Origin: Alcanivorax profundi
Lineage (GTDB): Bacteria > Pseudomonadota > Gammaproteobacteria > Pseudomonadales > Alcanivoracaceae
Length of the DNA stretch: 64,000 nt
Reading direction: 5' to 3'
NCBI RefSeq assembly: GCF_003597125.1
Contig: NZ_QYYA01000002.1
Coordinates: 700,156 to 764,155, forward strand
The first letter of the stretch is position 1. The number at the start of each line of letters is the position of its first letter. The notes under the pieces were generated by a model. The model worked only from the letters and a program-made list of their open reading frames with translations, searched no databases and was not told the origin of the DNA. The translations under genes were made by a program, and so were the position numbers. Below, piece after piece: positions 51,193-61,463 of the stretch.

Positions 51193-51783
51193 ATGCGACG
51201 TGTACTAACCATGATCATGCTGGGTGCCGCTGTGGCGCTGTCCGGCTGTTCTACCGTGGACTATGGCGATGCCCAGGCCCGTGAAACTGTGAACACCGAT
51301 TTCGGTTCCACTGACCTGCAGATGATTGCCAGCAAGATGGTCGATGACATGCTGGTGTTCCCGCCCATCGTGCAGCTGACCCAGAACCGTCGTCCGGTGG
51401 TGTTTGTGGACAGCATCAAGAACAAGACCACCGAGCACATCGACACCGAGTCCATCACCGACACCATCCAGTCCAAACTGCTTAACTCGGGCAAGTTCCG
51501 TTTCGTGGACATGACCAAGGTGGAAAGCGTGCGTGAGCAGCTGGACTACCAGAGCGAATCCGGCCTGGTGGATCCAAACACCGCTGCGCAGATGGGTCGT
51601 CAGATCGGTGCCGAGTTCATGATGTACGGTAACTTCTCTTCCATTGTGAAGCGTGAAGGCAGCACCAAGGATGTGTACTACAAGTTCACCCTCAAGCTGA
51701 TGAACATTCAGACCGGCATCATCGAATGGGCGAACGAGAAAGAAATCCGCAAGACCCAGAAGAAAAGCCTGTTTGGAATGTAA
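51193..51783 (+). CDS. lpoB: Penicillin-binding protein activator LpoB
   Basis: Lipobox ALSGC; ...VVFVDSIKNKT... and the C-terminal domain are similar to LpoB (YcfM). Confidence 0.7.
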   Translation: MRRVLTMIMLGAAVALSGCSTVDYGDAQARETVNTDFGSTDLQMIASKMVDDMLVFPPIVQLTQNRRPVVFVDSIKNKTTEHIDTESITDTIQSKLLNSGKFRFVDMTKVESVREQLDYQSESGLVDPNTAAQMGRQIGAEFMMYGNFSSIVKREGSTKDVYYKFTLKLMNIQTGIIEWANEKEIRKTQKKSLFGM

Positions 51784-51904
51784 GTAGCGGGCTAACGCCT
51801 GGTTGCTAGAGCCCGCGGAGCCTACCGGGAAACTATACGGTGAGCTCTGTGGTCTCTTTGGTATCCCGCGGTGCGAATATCGCCCGTCAGAACAAGGAGG
51901 TCAC

Positions 51905-53200
51905 ATGTTCAAACGTCTATTTGCTCCACTGTTTCTCTTGCTGGCGATATGCTCAACGGCAAGCCATGCGCTGACCGAAACGGTGTCCGTCACGGCCCGC
52001 GGGTTTGGCGACAACCCCGAGCAGGCCATGACCAATGCGCTGGTGGCGGCGGTTCGCCAGGGAGGCGGTGTGACCCTGGCGGTGGATCCCAACTTCCGTA
52101 CGGATGTGTACGAGTGGGTGATTCAGCAGCAAGGGGATGTGTCCACCTGGATGGGCAAGGAAACCTCGGTGCCAGAGCCCCAACTGCCGACCATGGGCAA
52201 CATCAAGACCTATCAGGTGCAGTCTGTGAAGCAGGTGGACGATGGCATGTGGCAGGCGGATATCCAGGCCGATATCTTGCGTCCCAAGTCCATCGGCCCG
52301 GACCGTTCTCATCTTCCCGGTATTGCCATTGCGACCTTTGATACCCGTGCCGCCAGTTATGACCTGGGCGACGTCAAGGTTTCCGCCTCGGAAGTACAGC
52401 GGGATCTGGCGGAAAACCTGTCCATGGCCTTTACCCAGTCAGGCCGTTTCCGGGTGCTGGATCGTGCCTACCTGGCGGATATCGACAAAGAGCTGGGCGT
52501 GGTTGCCGAAGGCAGTATTGCCCCGGAAGAAATGGCTCGCCTGGGCCAGCGCAAAGGGGCAGACCTGTTGCTGGTCGGGACCATTGAAGATTTCCAGATT
52601 GGTGACAGCGAGCGGGAATTCTACGGTGCCAAGATGGGCGGTTATGAGCCCTATGTACGGGTGCGTTATCGTCTGATTGATACCACGACGACAGAAATAC
52701 TGTGGAGTGACCTGTATGTGTGGGACAAGTCTGAAGCGGAAATTCGCGAAGTGGCCCGCCAGTTGAACATTGATGACCGTAATCATCCTGAGCGCCTTGC
52801 CGATGTGATGTACCCCGAAATTGCCCGGGCCATCGCCGGAGATGCCACCGACGTGCTCTACCCGGTTCAGGTGATCAAGGTAGACGGCAGCACGGTCTTC
52901 CTCACCCAGGGTGAAGGGCGTCTGGAGAAGGATGCGCTGATGAAGGTGTACCGTCCGGCCGGAGAAATGAAAGATCCGGACACCGGCATGACCATCAAGA
53001 TGGAAGGCGCTGCACTGGCCACACTCAAAGTGAGTGAAATCCGTCCGGATTATGGGATTGCCGTGATCGAAGGTGATGCCAGCAGCCCGCTCAAGGTGGG
53101 TGACCGGGTGCGCCCGGACAAGCAGGCCAATAACCCGGCGGCTCAACCCGCCGGCCAGCCTGCCACCCCGGGATCGTCTGACGCGCCGATCCAGTGGTAA
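51905..53200 (+). CDS. CsgG/LpoB-fold-like periplasmic protein (tandem CsgG-like modules) with a Pro/Ala-rich tail
   Basis: ORF 51803..53200. ATG at 51905 with an AAGGAGG RBS. IAIATFD...RFRVLDRAYLADIDKELGVVAEG...GADLLLVGTIEDFQIG matches the CsgG-family pattern. Confidence 0.6.
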   Translation: MFKRLFAPLFLLLAICSTASHALTETVSVTARGFGDNPEQAMTNALVAAVRQGGGVTLAVDPNFRTDVYEWVIQQQGDVSTWMGKETSVPEPQLPTMGNIKTYQVQSVKQVDDGMWQADIQADILRPKSIGPDRSHLPGIAIATFDTRAASYDLGDVKVSASEVQRDLAENLSMAFTQSGRFRVLDRAYLADIDKELGVVAEGSIAPEEMARLGQRKGADLLLVGTIEDFQIGDSEREFYGAKMGGYEPYVRVRYRLIDTTTTEILWSDLYVWDKSEAEIREVARQLNIDDRNHPERLADVMYPEIARAIAGDATDVLYPVQVIKVDGSTVFLTQGEGRLEKDALMKVYRPAGEMKDPDTGMTIKMEGAALATLKVSEIRPDYGIAVIEGDASSPLKVGDRVRPDKQANNPAAQPAGQPATPGSSDAPIQW

Positions 53201-53204
53201 AACA

Positions 53205-53236
53205 AAAACCCCCGCACTGCGGGGGTTTTTGTTTTT
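53205..53236. terminator. Bidirectional rho-independent terminator
   Basis: aaaaacccccgcactgcgggggtttttgttttt. Followed at 53238-53258 by a family A repeat fragment (tgtaggagcatagctcctgca). Confidence 0.75.
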
Positions 53237-53278
53237 ATGTAGGAGCATAGCTCCTGCAAAGGGACGGCGACGCGATTA

Positions 53279-54538
53279 TCAGGATGCCGGATTCGCGGCC
53301 AGCGCAGCGGCTTGCTTCTTGCGCTTGCTTGTCACTCTCGCCTTGCGTTTCTTCCACCAGATCACCAGCCCGGTGATCGACAGCATCGCGACAGCGATGC
53401 CCATGATGGAAATGATGATACGACCAGGCAGGCCGGCGATACGGCCGGAGTGCAGAGGGAACTGCAGCTGGTTGAAGACGTCGGCGGCGGTGCCGGTCCA
53501 GGGGACTTCGTCACCCAGCAGCTCAGCGGTGTTGCCGTCGTAGTACAGGCTTTTCACTTTCATGCCACCGCTGTCGTGGTCTTCCCCGGGGTAGTAAAAA
53601 CGCACCCCAAAGATGGCGAAGTTGTCGCTATAGAACGTATCGCCAATGGGCTCGTCCCAGCCACGGTTATCGGCTTCTGCGCGGGCCTGTTCAAACAGCT
53701 GCGGCCAGGATACCTCTGGCTCCACCGGGTCATGCAGGGCCGTGGGGGCGCGTTTCATGAAGGGGCCCGGGGTGGTTTCGGAAATCGTGGACATGATCGG
53801 GTAGAAGACTTCCCGGTACAGGTTCAGCGAGAACGAGGTAAAGGCCAGCAGCAGCAACAGCCCGAATACCCACAGGCCCACGGCCCGGTGCAGATCGAAA
53901 TTCAGTTTGTAGGGCCCGGCCCCGCGGCGAATCATCCAGGCCGGTTTCCAGCGCTGCATCCAGCTTTTGCCGCCGGCGTTGGCGGTGCGTCGACGGCGCG
54001 GCAGAGTCAGGGCCATGGCAATAAAGGTATCAAACAACCAGACCAGCGCGACGCCCCCCATCAACCACACGCCCCACTCATCAATGCCCCGCCATTCCGG
54101 AATGTGCAGGGAATAATGGAGTTTGTAGAGGAATGACATCAGGTGTTCCGGATGCAGGGAAATCTTGCCCCACTCGCGCTTGCCGACGATCTCGCCGGTG
54201 ACCGGATCCACAAAAGCGTGGTTGTAGTCCAGTTCATAGCGCTTGCCGGTGTCCGGGTTTTTCAGGGCATCCACCCAGATCTCGGCGTTGTGGCCGGGCT
54301 CGGCGGCCAGCGGGAAGAAACTGACCCGGACACGGGGGTCGTCCGCTTCCACGATCTTGACCAGCTCCAGCATGGGCAGCGGTTCGCCTTCGCTCTGGCT
54401 CTCGAACAGGTGAGGATTAAGCCATTCGTCCAGTTCGTGGTCCCAGGAAATGATTGCGCCGGTAAGCCCGGCAATGATCAGGAAGACGGCAATGAAGAGG
54501 CCGAACCAGCGATGAAGGACAACGAGCAGCGAGCGCAT
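53279..54538 (-). CDS. PepSY domain-containing TM protein (second copy)
   Basis: ORF 53279..54604. Start taken at MRSLLVVLHRWFGLFIAVFLII. Confidence 0.7.
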   Translation of the reverse strand: MRSLLVVLHRWFGLFIAVFLIIAGLTGAIISWDHELDEWLNPHLFESQSEGEPLPMLELVKIVEADDPRVRVSFFPLAAEPGHNAEIWVDALKNPDTGKRYELDYNHAFVDPVTGEIVGKREWGKISLHPEHLMSFLYKLHYSLHIPEWRGIDEWGVWLMGGVALVWLFDTFIAMALTLPRRRRTANAGGKSWMQRWKPAWMIRRGAGPYKLNFDLHRAVGLWVFGLLLLLAFTSFSLNLYREVFYPIMSTISETTPGPFMKRAPTALHDPVEPEVSWPQLFEQARAEADNRGWDEPIGDTFYSDNFAIFGVRFYYPGEDHDSGGMKVKSLYYDGNTAELLGDEVPWTGTAADVFNQLQFPLHSGRIAGLPGRIIISIMGIAVAMLSITGLVIWWKKRKARVTSKRKKQAAALAANPAS

Positions 54539-54629
54539 GAGAAATACCTGGAAAGTCCGCGATAAAGCCTGTCTGGGTGACGCGGAGCCTAGCACAGATG
54601 CCAATCATTCTCATTACAAATGTAAGGTG

Positions 54630-55223
54630 TCAGGGCTTGCCGCCCCACACAGGATAGGGAATACCGGCCAGGCGGTTGATAACGAATGCCTGCGCGACCA
54701 GCAGGGCCACGGCACTGACCAGGATCGGCAGTTGCTGTAATTCGTGCATCAAACCCAGCGAGACGATCAGGGCCGTGGCGCCGGCAGGCGGGTGTGCCAC
54801 TCGAAAGAGAATCATCAGCGCACTGGTGAGCCCGAGTGATAGTCCTGCGGCGGCGACCCGGGACCATTCTACGCCGGTAATAAAGGCGGCAGGGGCATCG
54901 TGCAGACCGAACAGCCAGAGGGAGGCCCAGCCACACAGTGCACCGATAATGTGTCCGCACAACACATTGCGCGGCGATGCCGCATCAGCGGTGGGCACAT
55001 GAAACAGCAGAAAGGCGGTGGCGCCGAGGGAGGGAAAGATAAAAGCCTGCTGCGTCACCAGCGCGACCATGGCGATCAGGGCAATGCTGAGTCCGCCGTT
55101 GACCAGGTTGAAGGCCGCCAGCACCAGTCGTGGATTGAAGCGCTGACTCAGCACTTCAAGGTGCAGCTGCCTCAGCAGCCCGCCAACCAGCTGCTGGCGG
55201 ACCTGATCTGTCTGTTCGCTCAT
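54630..55223 (-). CDS. HPP family membrane protein
   Basis: ORF 54630..55286. Start taken at MSEQTDQ (alternatives at 55244 and 55286). Four TM helices with the HPPAGA motif (VAHPPAGATALIVSLG). Confidence 0.65.
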   Translation of the reverse strand: MSEQTDQVRQQLVGGLLRQLHLEVLSQRFNPRLVLAAFNLVNGGLSIALIAMVALVTQQAFIFPSLGATAFLLFHVPTADAASPRNVLCGHIIGALCGWASLWLFGLHDAPAAFITGVEWSRVAAAGLSLGLTSALMILFRVAHPPAGATALIVSLGLMHELQQLPILVSAVALLVAQAFVINRLAGIPYPVWGGKP

Positions 55224-55406
55224 TGGCGCACCATATGCGGGCATTAAAAGAGCGGGAATGGTAAGGCTTGGGGGGTTGGTGATCAATAATGGTGCGCATT
55301 ATGTTGCTGGTTGGTGCGGAGAAATCGGGTAATCCGGTGTCGGCATAATCCAACCGCTTACAGCGAAATCCGGTAGCATCAGCAGCTGGATAATCGGGAG
55401 AACAAC

Positions 55407-57170
55407 GTGGACGGATTTTTCTCGCAGGCACTGGTGTTATTGGGCGCCACCCTCATCCTGCTACCGCTGTTTCAGCGGCTGGGTCTTGGCAGCATTCTGG
55501 GGTATCTGGCGGCAGGGATCGCGGTGGGCCCATTGGGGCTGGGGTTGGTGAGTGGGGGTACGGATGTCCTGCACTTTGCTGAGCTGGGCGTGGTGTTGAT
55601 GCTGTTTGTGGTGGGGCTGGAGTTGGCGCCGCAACAGCTGTGGGCACAACGGCACAGGTTAGTGGGGCTCGGAGCGACGCAGATGGTGCTGAGTGCGCTG
55701 TTGCTGGCAGGGGCCTTTATGCTGTTCGGGTTCGGTGCTCCTCAGAGTCTTGCCATTGGCGCGACGCTGGCGCTGTCATCCACGGCCTTTGTGGTTCAGA
55801 TGCTGGTGGAAACCAATCAGCTTGGCACCCCCCAGGGGCGGTCGGCGTTTTCGATTCTGTTGTTCCAGGACTTGGCCGTCATCCCAATTCTGCTACTGCT
55901 GCCGGTGCTGGCGGGCACCCAGGCCGGTGACGACAGCCCACAATTACTGGCCGGGCTGGCGGCCCTGATTGCAATGGTGCTGGCGGGACGTTATGTGCTG
56001 AACCCGTGGCTGGGAAAGCTGGCCCGCTTGCGCAACCCGGAGCTGATGAGTGCCAGCGCCTTGATGGTGGTGCTGGGCTCGGCGGCGTTGATGGAGCACC
56101 TGGGGCTTTCTATGGGGTTGGGGGCTTTTGTGGCGGGTGTGTTGCTGGCGAACTCGCCCTATCGGGAGCAGCTCGAAACGGATATTCAGCCGTTCAAGGG
56201 ACTCTTGCTCGGGCTGTTTTTCCTGGCCATCGGCATGACCATGGACCTGCGACTGCTGCGTGATCACCCCGGTGAGATTGTGCTTTATCTGGTGGCCTTG
56301 TTGGTGATCAAGGCGGCGGTACTGATGGCCATCAGCCGTGTGCGAAAACAGACCTGGCGTAGCACGGTGTTGTTTGGCGGGTTGCTCTGTCAGGGCGGCG
56401 AATTTGCCTTTGTACTGCTGACGCAGGCGCAAAGCCTGAACCTGCTGGATAGCGCGGTGGCAGGGCAACTGAATCTGGTGGTGGCATTGTCCATGGCGGC
56501 AACACCGCTGTTGTTGAAGCTGGTCGCGTTGTTGTGGCGTGAGGACCGTCCTTCGCGTGCACGTCCGGATCTCGAGGAGGAGACGCTGCCGAGCCATCAT
56601 CCACAGGTGGTGATTGCCGGGCTGGGCCGTTTCGGCCAGATCACCGCGCGAATCCTGGTGGGGCGCAATATCCCGTTTACCGCGCTGGACTCGGACCCGG
56701 ACGAGATTGACCTGTTGCGGCGCTATGGCAATGAGGTGTATTTCGGTGATGTCACCCGGCTGGACCTGTTGCGTAATGCCGGGCTCGACCACGCCCGGGT
56801 ACTGGTGCTGGCGGTGGACGATGTGGAGGACTCATTGAAAGCCGTGGAACTGGTGCGACAGCATTTCCCTGCGGTGACGATCGTCGCGCGCGCACGGGAC
56901 CGTTATCACGCCTACCGTCTCCATGAATTGGGTGTAGACCAGGTGATTCGTGAAACGTTTGAGTCGGCTCTGTTGTCGGCCAGGGTTACCTTGATGCAGT
57001 TGGGGGTGCCAGAGTCTACCGCCCTGGATCTGGTGCGCAGCTTCAAGGATCTTGATGAGCGGCTGTTGCGAGAGCAGATCGAACATCGTGGGGACATGGA
57101 GATGCTGGTCGAAACCAACCGCAAGGGCCGTGAAGAACTGGAATCGTTGTTGTCCGGCGAGGACCGCTGA
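55407..57170 (+). CDS. kefB: Glutathione-regulated K+ efflux / CPA2 K+:H+ antiporter with a TrkA-N (KTN) domain
   Basis: GTG start with a GGGAG RBS. The N-terminal region has about 12 TM helices typical of CPA2 antiporters; the C-terminal region has the Rossmann motif VVIAGLGRFGQITAR. Confidence 0.85.
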   Translation: MDGFFSQALVLLGATLILLPLFQRLGLGSILGYLAAGIAVGPLGLGLVSGGTDVLHFAELGVVLMLFVVGLELAPQQLWAQRHRLVGLGATQMVLSALLLAGAFMLFGFGAPQSLAIGATLALSSTAFVVQMLVETNQLGTPQGRSAFSILLFQDLAVIPILLLLPVLAGTQAGDDSPQLLAGLAALIAMVLAGRYVLNPWLGKLARLRNPELMSASALMVVLGSAALMEHLGLSMGLGAFVAGVLLANSPYREQLETDIQPFKGLLLGLFFLAIGMTMDLRLLRDHPGEIVLYLVALLVIKAAVLMAISRVRKQTWRSTVLFGGLLCQGGEFAFVLLTQAQSLNLLDSAVAGQLNLVVALSMAATPLLLKLVALLWREDRPSRARPDLEEETLPSHHPQVVIAGLGRFGQITARILVGRNIPFTALDSDPDEIDLLRRYGNEVYFGDVTRLDLLRNAGLDHARVLVLAVDDVEDSLKAVELVRQHFPAVTIVARARDRYHAYRLHELGVDQVIRETFESALLSARVTLMQLGVPESTALDLVRSFKDLDERLLREQIEHRGDMEMLVETNRKGREELESLLSGEDR

Positions 57171-57223
57171 GGGGATGGCGCCCTGGCAGGCAGGGCGCCA
57201 ACAGCTCGGGAGGCGGCGTACGT

Positions 57224-57643
57224 TTACAGCTTCAGTCTGTTAAGTCCACGACGAATGCCCTGGTCCAGACCAGCCTTGATGATCGGGCCGATCAGCGGCA
57301 GTTTGCCTTCAAACTCGATGGTGTAATCCAGCCGGCTGCCGCCCGTACCGGTGTCGGAGAAACGCATCACACCCTTGTGATTCTTCAGCGGACTGCCTTT
57401 GGTGATCGTGTACTCGATCAGTTCGTTGGGCACGACCCGGGTAACGGTTTCGTGGAAGGCCGGAGCGATCAGGATTTTCATGTTACGGGTGGAGCCCACT
57501 CCGTTGGGGCTGTCCTTGCCTTCCTTGATACGCTGAATCTTGGCCGGGGCGAAAATCAGCTCCAGGTTTTCGTGGTCGCTGAGAAAGTCGAACAGCTTGT
57601 CCACGGAAAAGGGGAAGGTTTTGGAAATCTCGATACGTTGCAT
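57224..57643 (-). CDS. SRPBCC (polyketide cyclase/START-like) family protein
   Basis: 139 aa with a Bet v1-like fold pattern. Confidence 0.55.
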   Translation of the reverse strand: MQRIEISKTFPFSVDKLFDFLSDHENLELIFAPAKIQRIKEGKDSPNGVGSTRNMKILIAPAFHETVTRVVPNELIEYTITKGSPLKNHKGVMRFSDTGTGGSRLDYTIEFEGKLPLIGPIIKAGLDQGIRRGLNRLKL

Positions 57644-57765
57644 GCTGGCTCCACATTAGCTCTGGCCCGAACCGGGCCCTATACAGGCTGTTGATTCTGA
57701 ACGCTGGCCATACGGTCGCAAGGTTAGTTCGGGCCATAGCAGTGTGTCGGTGTTCGGGGCGATGT

Positions 57766-58803
57766 TCAGGTTGGACATCCGTTGGCCAGCCAACGGGTAA
57801 TAACGGCAGCGCTTTCTTCACGGCACAAGCTGGCGGACTGCCCGGCCCATAACGGGGAGCAATCGCCACTGCCAGCGGCTTCTGTCGCAGCCCGCAGGGG
57901 CCCGATGGCATTGCCTGCCAGCGGAAAAGCGGGCGCCTGTGGCGGGAAATGACCAAGCTCTTCCATCAAACGATTCACCATACCGCGCGCTGGGCGACCG
58001 GAAAACGCGGTGGTCAGTGCGGTATGCCTGGCCCGATCACTTTGCAGCCAGGCGCGGTGAACCGGTTTGGTGGTGGCTTCCGGGCACAGCAGATAGGCGG
58101 TACCCACCTGAACGGCATCGGCGCCAAGACTAAACGCCGCACTGACCCCTTGCGGGGTGGCAATCCCCCCTGCGGCAATGACCGGGACCGTCACGGCCTC
58201 GCGCACCTGTGGAACCAACGCCAGTGTGCCTTGCTGCCGTGTCAGGTCGTCACTGAGAAAATGACCGCGGTGACCCCCCGCTTCAAGCCCCTGGGCAATG
58301 ATCGCATCGGCGCCGTGATGCTGTAGCCATAGCGCTTCTTCCACTGTGGTCGCGCTGGAGATGACTTGCGCACCGCAGGCCTTTACCTGCTCCAGCAGTC
58401 CTTCTGCGGGCAGGCCGTAGTGAAAGCTCACCACCGCAGGCCGAAACTGTTCGATCAGACTGGCGGCATCGGCATCGAAGGGTTTGCGGGACGGGCCTGT
58501 CGGGATGTCGGCAGGGTTGACGTCATAGGTCTGGTAAAGCGGCCCCAGGGCACTGGCCCAACGTGCTTCGCCTTGCGGGTCATTGTCAGGGGCGGAATGG
58601 CAGAAAAAATTCACTCCCCATGGGCGGCGGGTGGCTTGTGCCAGGGCGCCAAGCTGCTCTTCCAGCTGTGCGGCAGACAGCATGCCTGCGGGCAGCGACC
58701 CCAGCCCTCCGGCTTCGCTGACTGCGGCAGCCAGCCGCCAATCCTGTACCCCGGCCATGGGGGCCTGGATGAGGGGTAAATGTGTGCCAGTAAAACAGGG
58801 CAT
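57766..58803 (-). CDS. Nitronate monooxygenase / NAD(P)H-dependent flavin oxidoreductase (2-nitropropane dioxygenase family)
   Basis: LIQAPMAGVQD... and GADAIIAQGLEAGGHRG are hallmarks of the NMO family. Confidence 0.82.
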   Translation of the reverse strand: MPCFTGTHLPLIQAPMAGVQDWRLAAAVSEAGGLGSLPAGMLSAAQLEEQLGALAQATRRPWGVNFFCHSAPDNDPQGEARWASALGPLYQTYDVNPADIPTGPSRKPFDADAASLIEQFRPAVVSFHYGLPAEGLLEQVKACGAQVISSATTVEEALWLQHHGADAIIAQGLEAGGHRGHFLSDDLTRQQGTLALVPQVREAVTVPVIAAGGIATPQGVSAAFSLGADAVQVGTAYLLCPEATTKPVHRAWLQSDRARHTALTTAFSGRPARGMVNRLMEELGHFPPQAPAFPLAGNAIGPLRAATEAAGSGDCSPLWAGQSASLCREESAAVITRWLANGCPT

Positions 58804-59170
58804 GTGGACTCCGCAGTGGCCTGAGACTAAGGCGACCTTACCGTGATAGCCGCGCGTTTGTCAGGAGCCTGCGGAACATTTTGCACTTTTCGGGCGCGCT
58901 CGATGTGCCTGCCAATGGGGCGATAATTATATGAATTAAAAGGGTTTTGTGCACATAAAAGGCGCGAGGGCACCGTGCTGGTGCCTGCGAAACAACGCTG
59001 CCATACCGGTGAGTATGTATGCTTTGTGAATATGGTTCATTTAAGTGAATGAAATTCAAAGGAAAGAGAATAACCCCGCTCTCACTTATCTGCTTGTGGC
59101 ATATGGATTGCCTTCACTGGTGTCGTCTTTTTCCAAGGACGCCAATTAACGAGTGATAGAGAGGGTAACA

Positions 59171-60961
59171 ATGAATATGCCTGACAGCATTTCACCGAAG
59201 GGGATCATATCGTCACTACTATTGTCTGGAACACTGGCGCTGGCCGGGTGTGGAGGTGATTCCTCTTCTGACCCGGCTGCTGATGAAACGCCAACGGCGA
59301 AAACGACACCTGATGCCGTGTTTAGTGGTGAAGCAGCGGATCCTTCAGCGATGGGTCCCTATGCGGTTGCCGAGCACGAGTACGATTTCGGCACCATGGA
59401 TCTTTACGATGACAAGCGTGACTACACCTACCAGAGCACGCTGCACGGCTACATCCATTACCCGGAAGCCAGTACAGAGCCGGCACCGGTAGTTCTGCTT
59501 CTTCATGGGCGCCATGGTACCTGTTACAGCGGCTCCTGGGGCATGCCTTATGAGGAGTGTGAAGATCCCATTCCCAGTTACCGCGGCTATGAGTACCTGT
59601 CCCGTAACCTGGCAAGCCATGGTTATGCGGTGATTTCCATCGATGCAAACTATGTGAACGCCAACGACAGCGGCCCCAGCAATGGCGATGCTGGCGCCTT
59701 GCAACGTGCGCAGCTGGTAGTTCGGCATCTGGACGAATTCCGTACGGTAAATACCTATGGCGGGTTTGGCATGGATGATCTGGTGGGCAAGCTGGACATG
59801 AGCGCCATCGGCATCATGGGGCATTCACGTGGTGGTGAGGGTGTGAACAAGACGGTTTCGTACAACCGTGACCAGGCCGAGCCCCATAACATTGTTGCGG
59901 TGTTTTCGCTGGCGCCGACAGATTACAACACCCTGACGGTGAACAATGTGGCGTTCGCTGCATTGGCAGGATACTGCGATGGCGATGTGGAAGACCTGAT
60001 GGGGAACTTTGCCTTTGATACCTCACGTTATGCCATGCAAAACGATATGTACCCGAAGTTTCAGTTGATCCCGATGGGCGCAAACCACAATTACTACAAT
60101 ACCAAATGGGCAGACGCCGAGCTTGAAAGCCGCCCTGATGACTGGAGTATTCTCGACTCCGAGCAGACCGATCCCCACTGTGGCACCGCGGTGGCCGACA
60201 GCGGGCGCGATACCCGTGAGGTACAGAAAGCGCATGGCCTGTTCTTCATGGCGTCATTTTTCCGTACCTTCGTTGGTGGTGAAACGGAGTTTGCCAGTTA
60301 CTGGAATGGCCAAACCACGGTACCAGGTAATATTTGTCCCGATGGCGTAGGGCCCTGTGATGACCGCTATCTGCTGAGTATCCATGCGCCTTCGGCAGAA
60401 CGCATGGTCATTGATGACACCCTGGATGCTGCCAGCCTCTTCATCAATAACCTGGGCGGCAACGTGACTTTCGACGGTTTCTCCGATTTTGGGGTGTGCC
60501 AGACCAATGGGCGCCCCGGTGAAGGCTGCGCGGTTGCCGAGCCCACGTTCAATACCGCAGAGCAGGTTTATATGACCTGGGATGCAGCGGCGACCTACCG
60601 TACCGAGTTGCTGGGGGTGGATGTCACCGACTATCAAGTGCTGTCGTTGCGGGTGGGTGTGTCTCACGGCGATGAAGACAATCTGGGCGGACAGGATTTC
60701 ACCATTGTGATGGAAGACCTGGATGGCAACAGCGTGTCGGTACAGGCGACGGATTACAGCGAAGCATTGTTCTACCCGCCTGGGCGGGATTTTGATGACG
60801 ATGGTTCGCGTAAAACGGTGCTCAACGGTGTTGATATCCCGCTGACGGCCTTTGCAGGTATCGATTTCAACAACGTCAATGCCGTGTCACTGGTGTTCGA
60901 TCAGACGCCCGCGGGCAGCATTCAAATGACCGATTTGTTGCTGCAGCGTGTCGAGCGGTAA
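59171..60961 (+). CDS. Secreted lipoprotein alpha/beta-hydrolase (chlorophyllase/PAF-acetylhydrolase-like, nucleophile elbow GHSRGG)
   Basis: ORF 59153..60961. ATG at 59171 with a GAGAGGG RBS; lipobox LALAGC; GHSRGG at about residue 235; lower GC than its neighbours. Confidence 0.65.
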   Translation: MNMPDSISPKGIISSLLLSGTLALAGCGGDSSSDPAADETPTAKTTPDAVFSGEAADPSAMGPYAVAEHEYDFGTMDLYDDKRDYTYQSTLHGYIHYPEASTEPAPVVLLLHGRHGTCYSGSWGMPYEECEDPIPSYRGYEYLSRNLASHGYAVISIDANYVNANDSGPSNGDAGALQRAQLVVRHLDEFRTVNTYGGFGMDDLVGKLDMSAIGIMGHSRGGEGVNKTVSYNRDQAEPHNIVAVFSLAPTDYNTLTVNNVAFAALAGYCDGDVEDLMGNFAFDTSRYAMQNDMYPKFQLIPMGANHNYYNTKWADAELESRPDDWSILDSEQTDPHCGTAVADSGRDTREVQKAHGLFFMASFFRTFVGGETEFASYWNGQTTVPGNICPDGVGPCDDRYLLSIHAPSAERMVIDDTLDAASLFINNLGGNVTFDGFSDFGVCQTNGRPGEGCAVAEPTFNTAEQVYMTWDAAATYRTELLGVDVTDYQVLSLRVGVSHGDEDNLGGQDFTIVMEDLDGNSVSVQATDYSEALFYPPGRDFDDDGSRKTVLNGVDIPLTAFAGIDFNNVNAVSLVFDQTPAGSIQMTDLLLQRVER

Positions 60962-60998
60962 TGCCAAAAGAAAAATAACAGGTAACCCATAACACTTG

Positions 60999-61033
60999 CA
61001 TGCCCCTTGCCACTGGCAGGGGCATGATTTTCG
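60999..61033 (+). terminator. Rho-independent terminator after the hydrolase gene
   Basis: Hairpin gcatgcccc...ggggcatg followed by atttt. Confidence 0.55.
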
Positions 61034-61061
61034 CAATGTCAGCGGTGTGCTTCCGGCATGC

Positions 61062-61463
61062 TTATGACGGGCTTTCGAGGTGACGCTTCAGGGTTTGCAG
61101 ATCTGCAACCACTGCGTCGTGATCTGCCTGAAACTGCTGATCGTCCATGTCGTCACGGCGAAACAGGGTAAAGGTGCATTCGCTGCCGTCGCCATTGGGC
61201 ACCACGCGCAGGGGGTTGTACACCACCTGCCCGTCGTCCATTTCTACCGAGTGATCCATCACCCCATAGGCATTGCGCTCAGCGAAGCGGATTCGTGCCT
61301 GGCCGAACGGGGCCTGTGCAATCCAGATGTCGCCGTCCTGCACCAGTTCCGCCTGGGTAAGGCCGGCTGCCCAGAGCGGCAGATTTGCCGGGTTTGAGGC
61401 AAAGTCGTACACCTGCTGTGCGGCGCACTGGATCGACACGCTGAGGTGAATCACCGGCTTCAC
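61062..61463 (-). CDS. SRPBCC-superfamily small protein, co-transcribed with ggt
   Basis: 133 aa; its start overlaps the ggt stop by 4 nt. Confidence 0.5.
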   Translation of the reverse strand: MKPVIHLSVSIQCAAQQVYDFASNPANLPLWAAGLTQAELVQDGDIWIAQAPFGQARIRFAERNAYGVMDHSVEMDDGQVVYNPLRVVPNGDGSECTFTLFRRDDMDDQQFQADHDAVVADLQTLKRHLESPS

